In this document: positions 10,330-20,924 of the stretch, one piece after another | Position numbering within the stretch: the stretch's first letter is position 1 | Layout: the number at the start of each line of letters is the position of its first letter | Notes under the pieces: generated by a model | What the model was told of the DNA's origin: nothing | The model's database searches: none | The model's input: only the letters and a program-made list of their open reading frames with translations | DNA from: an uncultured Clostridium sp. | Lineage (GTDB): Bacteria > Bacillota > Clostridia > TANB77 > CAG-508 | Assembly (NCBI GenBank): GCA_946487895.1 | Contig: CAMLUO010000001.1 | Coordinates: 41,540-105,539 of the forward strand | Reading direction: 5' to 3' | DNA: 64,000 bases | Made by a program: the position numbers and the translations under genes

Positions 10330-10458
10330 AACCCGATTGGAAAAGAATTAAATTTTGGCTAGGAAAACAAGTTTGAAATTTATGAGGCGTACTATTTGTA
10401 CGTTGATTAAATTTCAAATGCAGTTTGACGACGCCAAAATTGTAATTATTTTTCAATC
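10330..10458. repeat. About 125-bp nested-hairpin repeat, copy C, at the 3' end of the amaP-like gene
   Basis: Roughly 95% identical to copy A. Its terminal ttatttttcaa overlaps the stop codon of ORF 10446..11000. Confidence 0.7.
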
Positions 10459-11000
10459 GACTCCTTTGGAGCAACTTTCTTAACAGTAATATTTACTTCC
10501 TTAACTTCTAAATCTGTTGCCACTTTAATTTTGTCTTTTATTTTATTTTGTAAATTTGCTGATAAATCTTTAATAACTGCATTTGCATTTACAATTAATG
10601 TAACATATACTCTAACATTGTTATCTTTATCTAAATCTACTCTTGTTGTCACATCTTCAGCACTTTCAAAATTTAATGCAACTGAATTAACTAAATTTTC
10701 AATTGTTTCTTTTGATATCATCAATTTTCCATTGTCATTTTCTAATAAAACACCTTGTCTTTCTTTTATTTGTTCTCTTGATGTTGAATCAAAGAATATG
10801 CATTTTATTGAAAGTAAAATAAATATTACACATACCGCTAAAACAATATTTGTAATTGTTCCTCCTGATACCATTCCTTCAACTACTCTACCTGCTACAT
10901 CTATATCTAGCCATCCAAATATTAACAAACATAATATTATAGATAATATTAATATTATATTAGAATATATAATTAATGTGATTTTTTCTAAAGTTTTCAT
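10446..11000 (-). CDS. Asp23-associated membrane anchor protein (AmaP-like)
   Basis: An N-terminal TM segment is followed by an Asp23-like soluble region. The gene sits between the Asp23 and DUF2273 genes. Confidence 0.5.
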   Translation of the reverse strand: MKTLEKITLIIYSNIILILSIILCLLIFGWLDIDVAGRVVEGMVSGGTITNIVLAVCVIFILLSIKCIFFDSTSREQIKERQGVLLENDNGKLMISKETIENLVNSVALNFESAEDVTTRVDLDKDNNVRVYVTLIVNANAVIKDLSANLQNKIKDKIKVATDLEVKEVNITVKKVAPKESIEK

Positions 11001-11076
11001 TTTATTTCCTCCTATTTTGCTTTATTTTTTATTATTTCCTTATAACATTTAATTTAGTCTTTATATTTTTCTCTTT

Positions 11077-11532
11077 TTATTCATCTTCTTGATTGTCATT
11101 TTCTGTTTCTGTTTTCTCAGATACTGCTGTATCAGTATTTACACCTTGAACATGAACATTAACTTCTTCAACAACTAATCCTGTCATGTTTTCTACTGCT
11201 TTTTTTACTCTATTTTGAATTTCGAAAGCTACATCTGGTATTCTTGAACCATATTCTACTATGATATTTACATCTAGCTTAGCTTTCCCATCATTAATAT
11301 CAGCCTTGATTCCTTTTGCAAGATTTTTCTTACCACTAAATACTTCTGATATTCCTCCTGCAAATCCTCCTGACATTCCAGCAACTCCTTGTACTTCTGA
11401 AACAGCTACTCCTGCAATAACAGCTACAACATCACTTGATATTTGTATACCGTCATTTTCTGATTTTATTTCTTCTTCTAATTCTACAACTTCCCCTTTA
11501 TTATCTTCATTCACTTTGTTTTCTTCACTCAT
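11077..11532 (-). CDS. Asp23/Gls24 family envelope stress protein
   Basis: An Asp23-like core (VVAVIAGVAVSEVQGVAGMSGG) is present. The likely start is MSEENK, which has a ggagg RBS. The ORF-track N-extension is probably not translated. Confidence 0.7.
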   Translation of the reverse strand: MSEENKVNEDNKGEVVELEEEIKSENDGIQISSDVVAVIAGVAVSEVQGVAGMSGGFAGGISEVFSGKKNLAKGIKADINDGKAKLDVNIIVEYGSRIPDVAFEIQNRVKKAVENMTGLVVEEVNVHVQGVNTDTAVSEKTETENDNQEDE

Positions 11533-11619
11533 ATGAATTCCTCCTATCCATATATCAAAAAAGATATACTTATTTTTTCCATATAAGTATATCAATTTTT
11601 TTTATATTTTACAACTATT

Positions 11620-12576
11620 TTATTCAAAAACATCAAATTCTTGTATTGAATTTCCTCTTAGATAATCTTGAATTGACATTCTTTTTGCATTTTCTCCTTG
11701 AATTTCCAATACTTTTATAATTCCACCTTTTGCTTTAATATATAATCCATCTTTACTATCAGACAATAAAACTACACCATTTCCTAAGAAATCAAGGTTT
11801 TCTACCATTATCTCATCTTCTTTAGCTAAATCTACTTTCCAGAACTTAATCTTTTTACCATTTAAAAATGTATAAGCTCCCATAATTGGATTTAATCCTC
11901 TAACTAAATTCTTAATTTCTTGTGCTGTTCTTTTATTCCAGTCAATTTTCGCCATTTCTTTTGACAACATTGGAGCAGTAGTAAAATCATCTCCTTGTTT
12001 TTCCCTTGGAGCTGTTCCTTTCTCTATTTCTCTTAAAGTTTTAACCAAAAGTTCTCCACCAATTTTAGAAAGTCTATCCCACAATTCTCCTGTTGTTTCA
12101 TCTTCTCCAATTTCTACTTCTTGTTTTAAAATCATATCACCAGTATCCATTCCTTCGTCCATATACATTGTTGTAATTCCAGTTGTTTTATCTCCATTTA
12201 ATACTGCCCATTGAATTGGTGCTGCACCTCTATACTCTGGAAGTAATGAACCATGTACATTAATACAACCTAATTTTGGTATTTCTAATATTTCTTTAGG
12301 TAGGATTTTCCCATATGCTACAACACATATAACCTCTGGATTCAAATTTTTGATTTCTTCAATAAATTCTACATTTTTTCTTACTTTTTCTGGTTGATAT
12401 ATTTTTAGTCCTTTTTCTTGTGCATATTCTTTTACAGGAGATGCTACCATCTTCATTCCTCTACCCTTTGGTTTGTCTGGATTTGTTACTACTCCTATAA
12501 CATCATAATTTGCTTCTACTAAGCTTTTTAAAGACTCCTCAGCAAAGTCTGGTGTTCCCATAAACAAAACTCTCAT
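11620..12576 (-). CDS. fmt: Methionyl-tRNA formyltransferase
   Basis: MRVLFMGTPDFA..., a HGSLLPEYRGAAPI motif, and location adjacent to def. Confidence 0.9.
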   Translation of the reverse strand: MRVLFMGTPDFAEESLKSLVEANYDVIGVVTNPDKPKGRGMKMVASPVKEYAQEKGLKIYQPEKVRKNVEFIEEIKNLNPEVICVVAYGKILPKEILEIPKLGCINVHGSLLPEYRGAAPIQWAVLNGDKTTGITTMYMDEGMDTGDMILKQEVEIGEDETTGELWDRLSKIGGELLVKTLREIEKGTAPREKQGDDFTTAPMLSKEMAKIDWNKRTAQEIKNLVRGLNPIMGAYTFLNGKKIKFWKVDLAKEDEIMVENLDFLGNGVVLLSDSKDGLYIKAKGGIIKVLEIQGENAKRMSIQDYLRGNSIQEFDVFE

Positions 12577-12597
12577 ATTTTTTATCCTTTCTACTCT

Positions 12598-13086
12598 TTA
12601 ATTTTCTTCAGGCTCAACATACTCTAAAGTTCCTGGAATTATTTTATCAATAAAAATTTCTCCATTTAAATGGTCTAATTCATGTGATATGGCTTGTGCT
12701 AATAATTCTTTAGCTTTTACTTGCATCCTTTTTCCATCTCTATCAGTATATTCTGCTACAACTTCGGCAGGTCTAATTATTTTTGCAAATTCATTTGGGA
12801 AACTTAAGCATCCTTCTTCTACCTCTTGCTCTCCCTTTGTTTTAATAACCACCGGATTTATCAATACTATTGGTCCTTTATCATCATATAAGTCAATTAC
12901 AACAATTCTTTTTAATACACCAACCTGAACTGCTGCTAGTCCAACACCATTATATTTATGCATTGTTTCAATCATATCATCTATAAGTGTTTGTATTTTT
13001 TCACTTGATATTTCTTCTTCTGGAACTTCTTTTGATTTTTTCTTTAATATGTCGTCTCCTTGATATCTTAAATTTCTAATTGCCAT
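12598..13086 (-). CDS. def: Peptide deformylase
   Basis: GVGLAAVQVG, EGCLSFP and HELDHLNG motifs are all present. Confidence 0.9.
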   Translation of the reverse strand: MAIRNLRYQGDDILKKKSKEVPEEEISSEKIQTLIDDMIETMHKYNGVGLAAVQVGVLKRIVVIDLYDDKGPIVLINPVVIKTKGEQEVEEGCLSFPNEFAKIIRPAEVVAEYTDRDGKRMQVKAKELLAQAISHELDHLNGEIFIDKIIPGTLEYVEPEEN

Positions 13087-13107
13087 TTCTATCTCCTTTC
13101 TTTACTC

Positions 13108-13143
13108 ACAGGGATTAGGGGACGGTCCTAAAAATCCCTGCTA
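13108..13143. repeat. GGGGACGG-core palindromic unit (cagggattaggggacggtcctaaaaatccctg) abutting the priA stop codon
   Basis: The same 32-nt unit occurs at 62-95 and as an inverted pair at 38745-38870. Confidence 0.7.
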
Positions 13144-15462
13144 ACTCATATTATTTGGATTAACATCTATTGAAATTCTTGTGTCCTTTATATTTTGCTT
13201 ATATATATTTTTTAAAGAATCATTTAAAATTTTATTTATTTCTTCTGTCATATTTCCTTTTATTATAATTCTCCATCTATATCTATTTTGTATCTTATCA
13301 ATTGGACAAGGCATTGGTCTAAATAATTTTACTGCATTCTCGTCACCTTGCATCATTTCACTTTTCTGTAAATTATTTAGTTCTTTTTGTAATTCTTCAT
13401 ACATTAGATTTGATACTTTTTTTATTTCATTTTCATTATAACTATTAAATCCAATTAATATTATATCGCAAAATGGTGGATATTTCAATTGTTTTCTTAA
13501 AGCAATTTCTGTTTCATAAAATTTCTCATAATTTTGCTCTCTTGAACATTGTATAGCAAAACTTTGTGGGTTATATGTTTGAATTATGACTTTTCCGGGT
13601 AAATTCTCACGTCCCGCTCTTCCTGCTACTTGTGTTAAAATTTGAAAGGTTCTCTCATTTGCTCTATAATCATCTATATTTAGCGAACTGTCAGCTGCAA
13701 TAACACCAACTAATGTTACATTTGGAAAATGATGTCCTTTTACTACCATTTGTGTTCCAATTAAAATATCTATATTTTCATTTTTGAATTTATTTAATAT
13801 TTCTTCATGTGAATTTTTCTTTGTAACAGTATCTATATCCATTCTTATTGTACTTGCATTTGGAAATTGTTTGTGTATTTCTTGTTCTAATTTTTGCGTA
13901 CCTGTTCCAAAGTATCTTATTTTATCACTTTTACATTCAGGACATACTGTTACTATATTTTGCTCATATCCACAATAATGACATTTTAATTTTCTTTCAT
14001 AGCTATGATATGTCAAACTTATATTGCAATTTGGACATTTTACTGTATACCCACAATTCCTACACATTATGAAAGTTGAATATCCTCTTCTATTTAGAAA
14101 TAATATTGTCTGTCTCTTATTTTTCAAATTTTCTTCTATGTTAGAATATAGATCCATACTTAACATTGAGCGGTTTCCATTTGCAAGTTCTTGTTTTAAG
14201 TCTATTATTTCAACTGATGGAAGTGATGAATTGTTGGCCCTTTTTGTTAATTCTAACAATGTGATTTCAGGATTCATTTGCTTTTTATTTATCTCTGACC
14301 TTATATTGCCATTATTTAAAATTTTTTCTGTCGCTTTATAATATGTCTGCAAATCAGGTGTTGCACTTCCAAATAATAATGGAATATTGTTTTCTTTTGC
14401 TAACTTCTTCGCTATCTCTTTTGCATTGTATTTAGGTGTTGTCTCTGACTTATATGAGCTATCGTGTTCTTCATCTATTATAATAATTCCTACATTTGCT
14501 AATGGTGCAAATATAGCAGATCTTGCACCTATTACAATTTTTGCATCTCCATTTCTTATTTTTTCCCATTCGTCATGTCTTTCACCTATTGAAAGTTTAC
14601 TATGTAATATTGCTATATCTTCTTTTCCAAATCTTGATACAAATCTTTCTAGCATTTGTGGAGTTAATGAAATTTCTGGAACTAATACAATTGCTGTTCT
14701 TTCTTTTTCTATTACTTTTTGTATTAGTTGTAAATATACTTCTGTTTTTCCAGAACCTGTTACTCCATATAATAAAAACTGTTCAAATCTATTTTCATCA
14801 ATTGCTTTTTCTACTTTTTCAAATGCTTCTTGTTGCTCATCTGTTAATTGTAATTTTTCAGTCTTTTTGTAATTTTTAAATAGTAATGGATTTCTCTCTA
14901 CCTTTTTTTCTACAATTTCTAAATATCCATTTTTTATTAATGTATTTACTATTGCTCTTGATGTATCAGTAAACATCTCTATTTCAGGTATTGTTGCACC
15001 TTCATTATCTTTTACAAATTTTAATATTTTTATTTGCTTTTCAGATTTTATTTTTTTAGTTTCTATTTCAAATTCTATTTCTTCTATGTCTTTTTTTAAA
15101 TATACTGTATTTATGATTTTATCTTGAATTCTCTTTTCTTTGTTTTTTGTTCTTGTTCCAGGTGTTAGCATAAGTTTTATACAATCTGATACATTACAAA
15201 AATATCTATTTGCCATCCATTTTGCAAGTTCTATTTGCTTATCTGTTAAGTTTTCTTCTATTTTTATAATGTCTTTATTCGCAAATTCAGATTTTTCTTT
15301 TAATTTGACTACAAATGCTTCTTCTTGTTTTTCTCCTTTTCCAAATGGTACTATGACTTTGCTTCCCACTAAGATTAAGTCTTCTAGTTCTTTTGGTATG
15401 TTGTAGTCAAATATTCTATTTAGTTTTTTTGCTCCTCTATTTATTATTACTTCTGCTACCAT
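13141..15462 (-). CDS. priA: Primosomal protein N' (PriA helicase)
   Basis: 773 aa. Walker A GVTGSGKTEV, a DEEH box, and a Cys4 zinc-finger region (CRNCGY...CPNC...CHYCGY). Confidence 0.9.
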   Translation of the reverse strand: MVAEVIINRGAKKLNRIFDYNIPKELEDLILVGSKVIVPFGKGEKQEEAFVVKLKEKSEFANKDIIKIEENLTDKQIELAKWMANRYFCNVSDCIKLMLTPGTRTKNKEKRIQDKIINTVYLKKDIEEIEFEIETKKIKSEKQIKILKFVKDNEGATIPEIEMFTDTSRAIVNTLIKNGYLEIVEKKVERNPLLFKNYKKTEKLQLTDEQQEAFEKVEKAIDENRFEQFLLYGVTGSGKTEVYLQLIQKVIEKERTAIVLVPEISLTPQMLERFVSRFGKEDIAILHSKLSIGERHDEWEKIRNGDAKIVIGARSAIFAPLANVGIIIIDEEHDSSYKSETTPKYNAKEIAKKLAKENNIPLLFGSATPDLQTYYKATEKILNNGNIRSEINKKQMNPEITLLELTKRANNSSLPSVEIIDLKQELANGNRSMLSMDLYSNIEENLKNKRQTILFLNRRGYSTFIMCRNCGYTVKCPNCNISLTYHSYERKLKCHYCGYEQNIVTVCPECKSDKIRYFGTGTQKLEQEIHKQFPNASTIRMDIDTVTKKNSHEEILNKFKNENIDILIGTQMVVKGHHFPNVTLVGVIAADSSLNIDDYRANERTFQILTQVAGRAGRENLPGKVIIQTYNPQSFAIQCSREQNYEKFYETEIALRKQLKYPPFCDIILIGFNSYNENEIKKVSNLMYEELQKELNNLQKSEMMQGDENAVKLFRPMPCPIDKIQNRYRWRIIIKGNMTEEINKILNDSLKNIYKQNIKDTRISIDVNPNNMS

Positions 15463-15569
15463 TTTAATCTCCTTTTTTACTTTTGTTAGTATATCAAATT
15501 TTTATATTTTAAACAATACCAAAAAGAAAATAGATATCCCTTTTACAGAAATATCTATTTTCATAAACT

Positions 15570-16433
15570 CTAGCCTTTGAAATGTACAACTGGCTTTAAT
15601 AATGCTTTATTAGATATTGCTTTATTGAAATATTCTATTGTTTTCAACAAAGCATCTTCGTGTGAAGCAGTAATGTAAATTGTTCTATCTACATTTTTTG
15701 ACTCCGGATTTTGTGAATCCTTCGGAACTATTCCATCACTTAAATCTGCTCCAAACACTTTATGAGCAAACTCACTTATTTGTTCAGTCGATGCAATAAC
15801 ATTAAACCATCTATGGCGTTTCAACTCAGCATTATCAACTTTTAATAATACCTTATGCCTTTCAGATAATTCCTCATCTGGCAAATGATAAATTTGAGTA
15901 ATTTTTCCGTACTCTTTTATCCTTTCAAAAAAGCCTGTTTTTGACTTAACAAATTTTTTGTCAGCCATATGAGTTCCAAAAAATGGTGTTGCAATCGTAA
16001 CAATTCTTATTGTTCGATTTTCTTCCAAATATTCTGGAATATTTACTGCACACAGTCCACATTCGCCTAATGCAAAAAAGGTTATTGATGTGTACTTTCT
16101 AAATATATTTGTCTCATCAGAAGTTTCTTTGTTAATCATTCTCGCTAACTGACGAGCCACATATTTAAACCTTCCTTTTTTAGCATTTTTTCTTGGCTTA
16201 CTTGGAATATATAACTGCATTATATCTCCTGACAATTCATAGTCATCAGCTGTTAAACTCCGCAACTCCCTATTGTCTAAGCATATGATATTTAACTTTT
16301 TACTTTCTGGAATACATTTAATCCATTTTAATATCATGCTTGGAGTTTGTAAGATGATTTCTTCTCTCTTTTCAACGAGTTCCTTTTTGGTAGTCTTGCT
16401 CTCCTCCACTTTGCTTTTCATTTCTTCCCGCAT
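15570..16433 (-). CDS. Hypothetical protein
   Basis: A 287-aa ORF with coding-like composition. No motif I can place with confidence. Confidence 0.4.
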   Translation of the reverse strand: MREEMKSKVEESKTTKKELVEKREEIILQTPSMILKWIKCIPESKKLNIICLDNRELRSLTADDYELSGDIMQLYIPSKPRKNAKKGRFKYVARQLARMINKETSDETNIFRKYTSITFFALGECGLCAVNIPEYLEENRTIRIVTIATPFFGTHMADKKFVKSKTGFFERIKEYGKITQIYHLPDEELSERHKVLLKVDNAELKRHRWFNVIASTEQISEFAHKVFGADLSDGIVPKDSQNPESKNVDRTIYITASHEDALLKTIEYFNKAISNKALLKPVVHFKG

Positions 16434-16578
16434 TATTAATTTCTCCCTTCTAAAATTATTTAGTATAGAAATATGTGTTAATGAGTTACAGAGTCTATTT
16501 TACCACATTATGTATATTTTAGCAAGAAAAATTTCAAGAGTCATATATAATTAAATTTGACACTTGAAATCTTCATTC

Positions 16579-18981
16579 TTATTTTCTTAATTCTGCATGT
16601 AAAGTTTTCTCTAATTCAGAAATAATTGCATCCATAACATTATTTATTTCTTCATCACTAAGTGTTTTATTTTTATCTCTAAAGATTAGTGAATAAGCAA
16701 CACTTTTCTTGTTTTCTCCAAGTTTTTCATTTCTGTAAATATCAAATAATTTCATACTTTCAAGAAGTCTTTTACCTTTTTTAGTAATTATCTTTTCAAT
16801 TTGACCTACTTCAACTTCTTCATCAACAATTATTGCAATATCTCTTTCAACTGCTGGGAATTTAGGAATTTCAACATATTTTTTATTTTCTCTTGAATAT
16901 TTTACTAATTTTGTAATATTAATTTCTGCTAAATATGCTCTTTTTTCTATATCATAATTTTGTAATACTTCTGGATGTACTTCTCCGATTGTTCCTATTA
17001 CATCAATTCCTATTTTAATATTTGCACATCTTCCTGGATGATATGATTTGTTATCTCTTTCTTTTTCTACATCAGATCTATTTACACTTATTGCTTCTAA
17101 GATATTTTCAATAATTCCTTTTAGTACATAGAAATCAACATCTTCTCCATACATTCCTATTGTTAAAATATCTTCTTGTACTGGAACTTCTCCATCTTCT
17201 ACTTGATGATTTGTATTTTTATAATTTCTAGATATATCAAATAGTTTTACATTTTGATTTTTCTTGTTTGCATTTGTTGCAAGTATTTGCATCATACTTG
17301 GTATTGTTGATGGTCTCATTAATCTGAATTCTTCACCTAATGGATTTTGTAATGTTATTGCATATTTTTGAACTTCTTCTGAAATGTTTGATTTTTCTAA
17401 GTCTTTTTTGCTTATAAATCCATATGTGTAAATTTCTGATAGACCACTATCTACTAATACATCTCTAACTTTCTTAATTATTTTTTGTTCTTTATTTCTA
17501 ACACCTAAAGTTGTATCTGCTTTTATTAAAGTTGTATCTAATTTGTCATATCCGTAAAATCTTGCAACTTCTTCTGCGATGTCAGCTAAACATGTTAAAT
17601 CCATTCTGAAATATGGTGAAATTGCTACATCATTTTCTACTCTTATTTCTAATTTTTCTAATATATCAATCATTTCTTGTTTTGATAATTTAGTTCCTAG
17701 TAGATTATTGATTCTTTCTACATCTAATTTTATTTTATGGATTTCTTGTTTTGTAGGATAAACATCAACTTTTCCATCTACAACTTCTCCACTACCAGTT
17801 AATTCAACTAATTCAACTGCTCTATTTACAGCTCTTAATGCATTTTCAGCAGATAAACCTTTTTCAAATCTTGAAGATGCTTCTGTTCTTAGTCCTACTT
17901 TTTTAGCTGTCTTTCTTACACTTCCACCATAAAATACTGCTGACTCAAATACTACTGTTTCAGTATCATTTTCTATTTCTGAATTTAGTCCACCCATAAC
18001 TCCAGCAATTGCTACAGCTTTCTTGTCATCTGCAATTACTAAATCATCTTCATTTAATTCTCTTTCTTGTTCATCTAATGTTGTAATTTTTTCTCCATTT
18101 TTAGCTCTTCTAACAGTAATATGTTTTCCTTCAATAGAATTAATATCAAAAGCATGCATTGGTTGACCTAACTCTAACATTACATAGTTTGTAATATCAA
18201 CTATATTATTGATACTTCTAACACCACAAGCTCTTAATCTTCTTTTCATCCAATCTGGTGATTCTTTGATTTTTACATTTTTTACAACTCTTGCAATATA
18301 TCTATAACATAAGTCAGGAGCTTCGATATCAACTTTTAATCCTTCTATTTCTTTTTTATCTTCAACTTCTAATTTATCTAAATTTCCTCTTGGATTTTTA
18401 AATTCTTTATTCAAAGATACTGCTGTTTCTCTTCCTAATCCTTCAATAGAAAAACAATCTGGTCTATTTGAAGTAATTTCAAAATCGATAATATCTTCTC
18501 TTAAATTTAAAACTTCAACAATGTCTTTTCCTAAATCTTTTTCTAAACTTTTATCTAAAATCATTATTCCATGTTCGATTTGTCCTGGATAATCCGCTAA
18601 ATCTAAGTTTAGCTCTCCAACTGAGCACATCATACCACATGAATCAATTCCTCTTAATTTTCCTGTTTTAATTTTAACACCATTAGGTAATTCTGCTCCA
18701 TCTTTTGCAATTGGTACAATATCTCCAACTTTTATATTATCTGCACCTGTAACAATTTGTATTTTTTCTGTTCCAACGTCAACTTTTGTAACTACCAATT
18801 TATCTGCATCTGGATGTTTTTCTATTTCTAAAATTTTTCCAACAACAACATTTTTTATATCATTTCCTTTTTCGTCTATTGTTTCAACTTTAGAACCTGT
18901 CATTGTTAAAATATCACCTAATTCTGTTGGCTTTACATCAATATCACTATACTCTTTTAACCATTCAATACTTGCTTTCAT
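16579..18981 (-). CDS. pheT: Phenylalanine--tRNA ligase beta subunit
   Basis: 800 aa. N-terminal tRNA-binding domain, then B3/4, B5 and FDX-ACB-like regions. Confidence 0.9.
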   Translation of the reverse strand: MKASIEWLKEYSDIDVKPTELGDILTMTGSKVETIDEKGNDIKNVVVGKILEIEKHPDADKLVVTKVDVGTEKIQIVTGADNIKVGDIVPIAKDGAELPNGVKIKTGKLRGIDSCGMMCSVGELNLDLADYPGQIEHGIMILDKSLEKDLGKDIVEVLNLREDIIDFEITSNRPDCFSIEGLGRETAVSLNKEFKNPRGNLDKLEVEDKKEIEGLKVDIEAPDLCYRYIARVVKNVKIKESPDWMKRRLRACGVRSINNIVDITNYVMLELGQPMHAFDINSIEGKHITVRRAKNGEKITTLDEQERELNEDDLVIADDKKAVAIAGVMGGLNSEIENDTETVVFESAVFYGGSVRKTAKKVGLRTEASSRFEKGLSAENALRAVNRAVELVELTGSGEVVDGKVDVYPTKQEIHKIKLDVERINNLLGTKLSKQEMIDILEKLEIRVENDVAISPYFRMDLTCLADIAEEVARFYGYDKLDTTLIKADTTLGVRNKEQKIIKKVRDVLVDSGLSEIYTYGFISKKDLEKSNISEEVQKYAITLQNPLGEEFRLMRPSTIPSMMQILATNANKKNQNVKLFDISRNYKNTNHQVEDGEVPVQEDILTIGMYGEDVDFYVLKGIIENILEAISVNRSDVEKERDNKSYHPGRCANIKIGIDVIGTIGEVHPEVLQNYDIEKRAYLAEINITKLVKYSRENKKYVEIPKFPAVERDIAIIVDEEVEVGQIEKIITKKGKRLLESMKLFDIYRNEKLGENKKSVAYSLIFRDKNKTLSDEEINNVMDAIISELEKTLHAELRK

Positions 18982-19014
18982 CTATCTTTCTTCCTTTCCT
19001 GCTATTATTTTTTC

Positions 19015-19320
19015 TTATCTATCCCAACCATTAAATCTTCTGTCTGGTTGATATCTCTTAGCATTTTGCCAATTTCCAAGTGTTGCTTCATTATTAGTTT
19101 CCATTTGTTTTCTTTTTATTGCTTCTAATGAATCTTTTCTAAACTTATCTCTCCAATCTGGAATTAAAACTTTTACTATATAATTTTCATTTTCATCAAA
19201 ACTAGCTTGTGTATCAACATTGTCATTTTTTCTCATAATTTGTTTTATTTCTTCGATATAACTTTTGTTTCTTTTTCCGTCTTGGAATTTAAATATTTTT
19301 GTTTTCACTAATTTTAACAC
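19015..19320 (-). CDS. Small hypothetical protein between pheS and pheT
   Basis: About 95-101 aa. An alternative GTG start (VKTKIF...) has a taaggagtg RBS. I do not recognise the family. Confidence 0.35.
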   Translation of the reverse strand: MLKLVKTKIFKFQDGKRNKSYIEEIKQIMRKNDNVDTQASFDENENYIVKVLIPDWRDKFRKDSLEAIKRKQMETNNEATLGNWQNAKRYQPDRRFNGWDR

Positions 19321-19440
19321 TCCTTAATAAATTAAATTTTTAATAATTATTATTTACAAGAAAAATTATTTAATCACTTTCTTAAATCTTGCTACTATTG
19401 ATTTTCACAATCTTTATTGCATCAAACTTTTTTAATCTTA

Positions 19441-19500
19441 CTGCTTTTTAACCTGTCCCTTTTGCACTATTTAATGCAAAAGGGGGCCGTCCCCAATGCA
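19441..19500. repeat. GGGGACG-containing hairpin immediately downstream of the pheS stop (terminator-like)
   Basis: The sequence cctgtcccttttgcactatttaatgcaaaagggggccgtcccc pairs tttgca with tgcaaaa and gggac with gtccc. Confidence 0.5.
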
Positions 19501-20532
19501 TTAAAATTGTTTTAAAAATCTTACATCATTTTCAAATAACAATCTCATATCTTCTATTCCGAATTTTGCCATTGCTACTCTCTCTACTCCAAATCCAAAT
19601 GCAAATCCTGAATATTCTTCTGGGTCTATTCCACAATTTCTTAAAACATTTGGATGTACCATTCCACATCCTAAAAGTTCTATCCAACCTTCTCCTTTAC
19701 ATACTCTGCATCCTTTTCCGCCACATACGAAACATGATACGTCTGCCTCTGCTGATGGTTCTGTAAATGGGAAATGATGTGGTCTAAATCTTATTTTTGT
19801 TTTTTCTCCTAAGCATTTTTTAGCAAACATTTCTAATGTTCCTTTTAAATCTGTCATTGCAATATTTTTGTCAACAACTAGTCCTTCTACTTGATGGAAT
19901 ACTGGTGAATGTGTTGCATCTACGCTATCTGAACGATAAACTGCTCCAGGGCATATTATTTTAATTGGTGGTTTTTGATTTTCCATTACTCTTGCCTGTA
20001 CTGGTGATGTTTGACTTCTTAATACTATATCATCTGTGATATAAAATGTATCTTGAACGTCTCTTGCAGGGTGGTCTGGTGGTGTGTTTAATTTATCAAA
20101 ATTATATATTGCTTTTTCGACTTCTGGTCCGTCTGCTATTTCATATCCCATTCCTAAGAATATTTCTTCTACTTCTTGAATTACTTGTGTTATTGGATGT
20201 AATGATCCTAAATTTACTTTTTTACTTGGTTCAGTAACATCAATATTTTCTGTTTCTAATCTTTTTTCTAATTCTTTTCTATTTAGTTCTTTTTCTTTTT
20301 GAGTAAATAGTTCATCTAATTCATCTCTTACTTGATTTACAAGACTTCCTATTACTGGTCTTTCTTCAGGTGATAATTTACCCATTCCTCTTAGCACTAC
20401 TGTTAATTCACCTTTTTTACCTAAATATTTTACTTTTAAATCTGCTAATTGTCTTAAATCTTGACAGCTATTAATTTCTCTTTGTGAATTTTCTTTGATT
20501 TTTGCAATTTCTTCTTTCATTTTTAATATCAT
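19501..20532 (-). CDS. pheS: Phenylalanine--tRNA ligase alpha subunit
   Basis: 343 aa. Class II aaRS motifs ([27 protein letters not shown]). Confidence 0.9.
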   Translation of the reverse strand: MILKMKEEIAKIKENSQREINSCQDLRQLADLKVKYLGKKGELTVVLRGMGKLSPEERPVIGSLVNQVRDELDELFTQKEKELNRKELEKRLETENIDVTEPSKKVNLGSLHPITQVIQEVEEIFLGMGYEIADGPEVEKAIYNFDKLNTPPDHPARDVQDTFYITDDIVLRSQTSPVQARVMENQKPPIKIICPGAVYRSDSVDATHSPVFHQVEGLVVDKNIAMTDLKGTLEMFAKKCLGEKTKIRFRPHHFPFTEPSAEADVSCFVCGGKGCRVCKGEGWIELLGCGMVHPNVLRNCGIDPEEYSGFAFGFGVERVAMAKFGIEDMRLLFENDVRFLKQF

Positions 20533-20544
20533 TCCTTTCCTACA

Positions 20545-20919
20545 TTAATATGGTCTATAAATATGTGTTTCTTTATATTGTCCATAAATTCTATTACTAT
20601 ATTTTTCAAAGCGTTTTTGCGCTTTATCTTCTTTTGTTTTTTTATTCTTTTTGGTATTTTCAGTTAATAATAACTTATTTTTCTTTTTAAATTTTAATTT
20701 TATAAATATATTTTTTATAAAATTATTTCTATTTCTAAATGTAAATATTATTATATATACTCCAAACTTATTTAAATGTACTTGTACATCTATCTTTTTA
20801 TTTGGAAATTCTTTTTTAGTTTCGTCGATGCTCTTTTGTACTTCATCTTTACTATATATTTTTGAATCCATATAGTATTCTAAATACTTCGTTTGGTTCA
20901 TATTCTCACATCCTATCAA
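20545..20919 (-). CDS. Hypothetical Lys-rich small protein between the T-box terminator and pheS
   Basis: A possible start MNQTKY has an AGGA about 12 nt upstream. The C-terminal half is low-complexity and K-rich. It may not be a real gene. Confidence 0.3.
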   Translation of the reverse strand: MIGCENMNQTKYLEYYMDSKIYSKDEVQKSIDETKKEFPNKKIDVQVHLNKFGVYIIIFTFRNRNNFIKNIFIKLKFKKKNKLLLTENTKKNKKTKEDKAQKRFEKYSNRIYGQYKETHIYRPY

Positions 20920-20924
20920 ATTTT

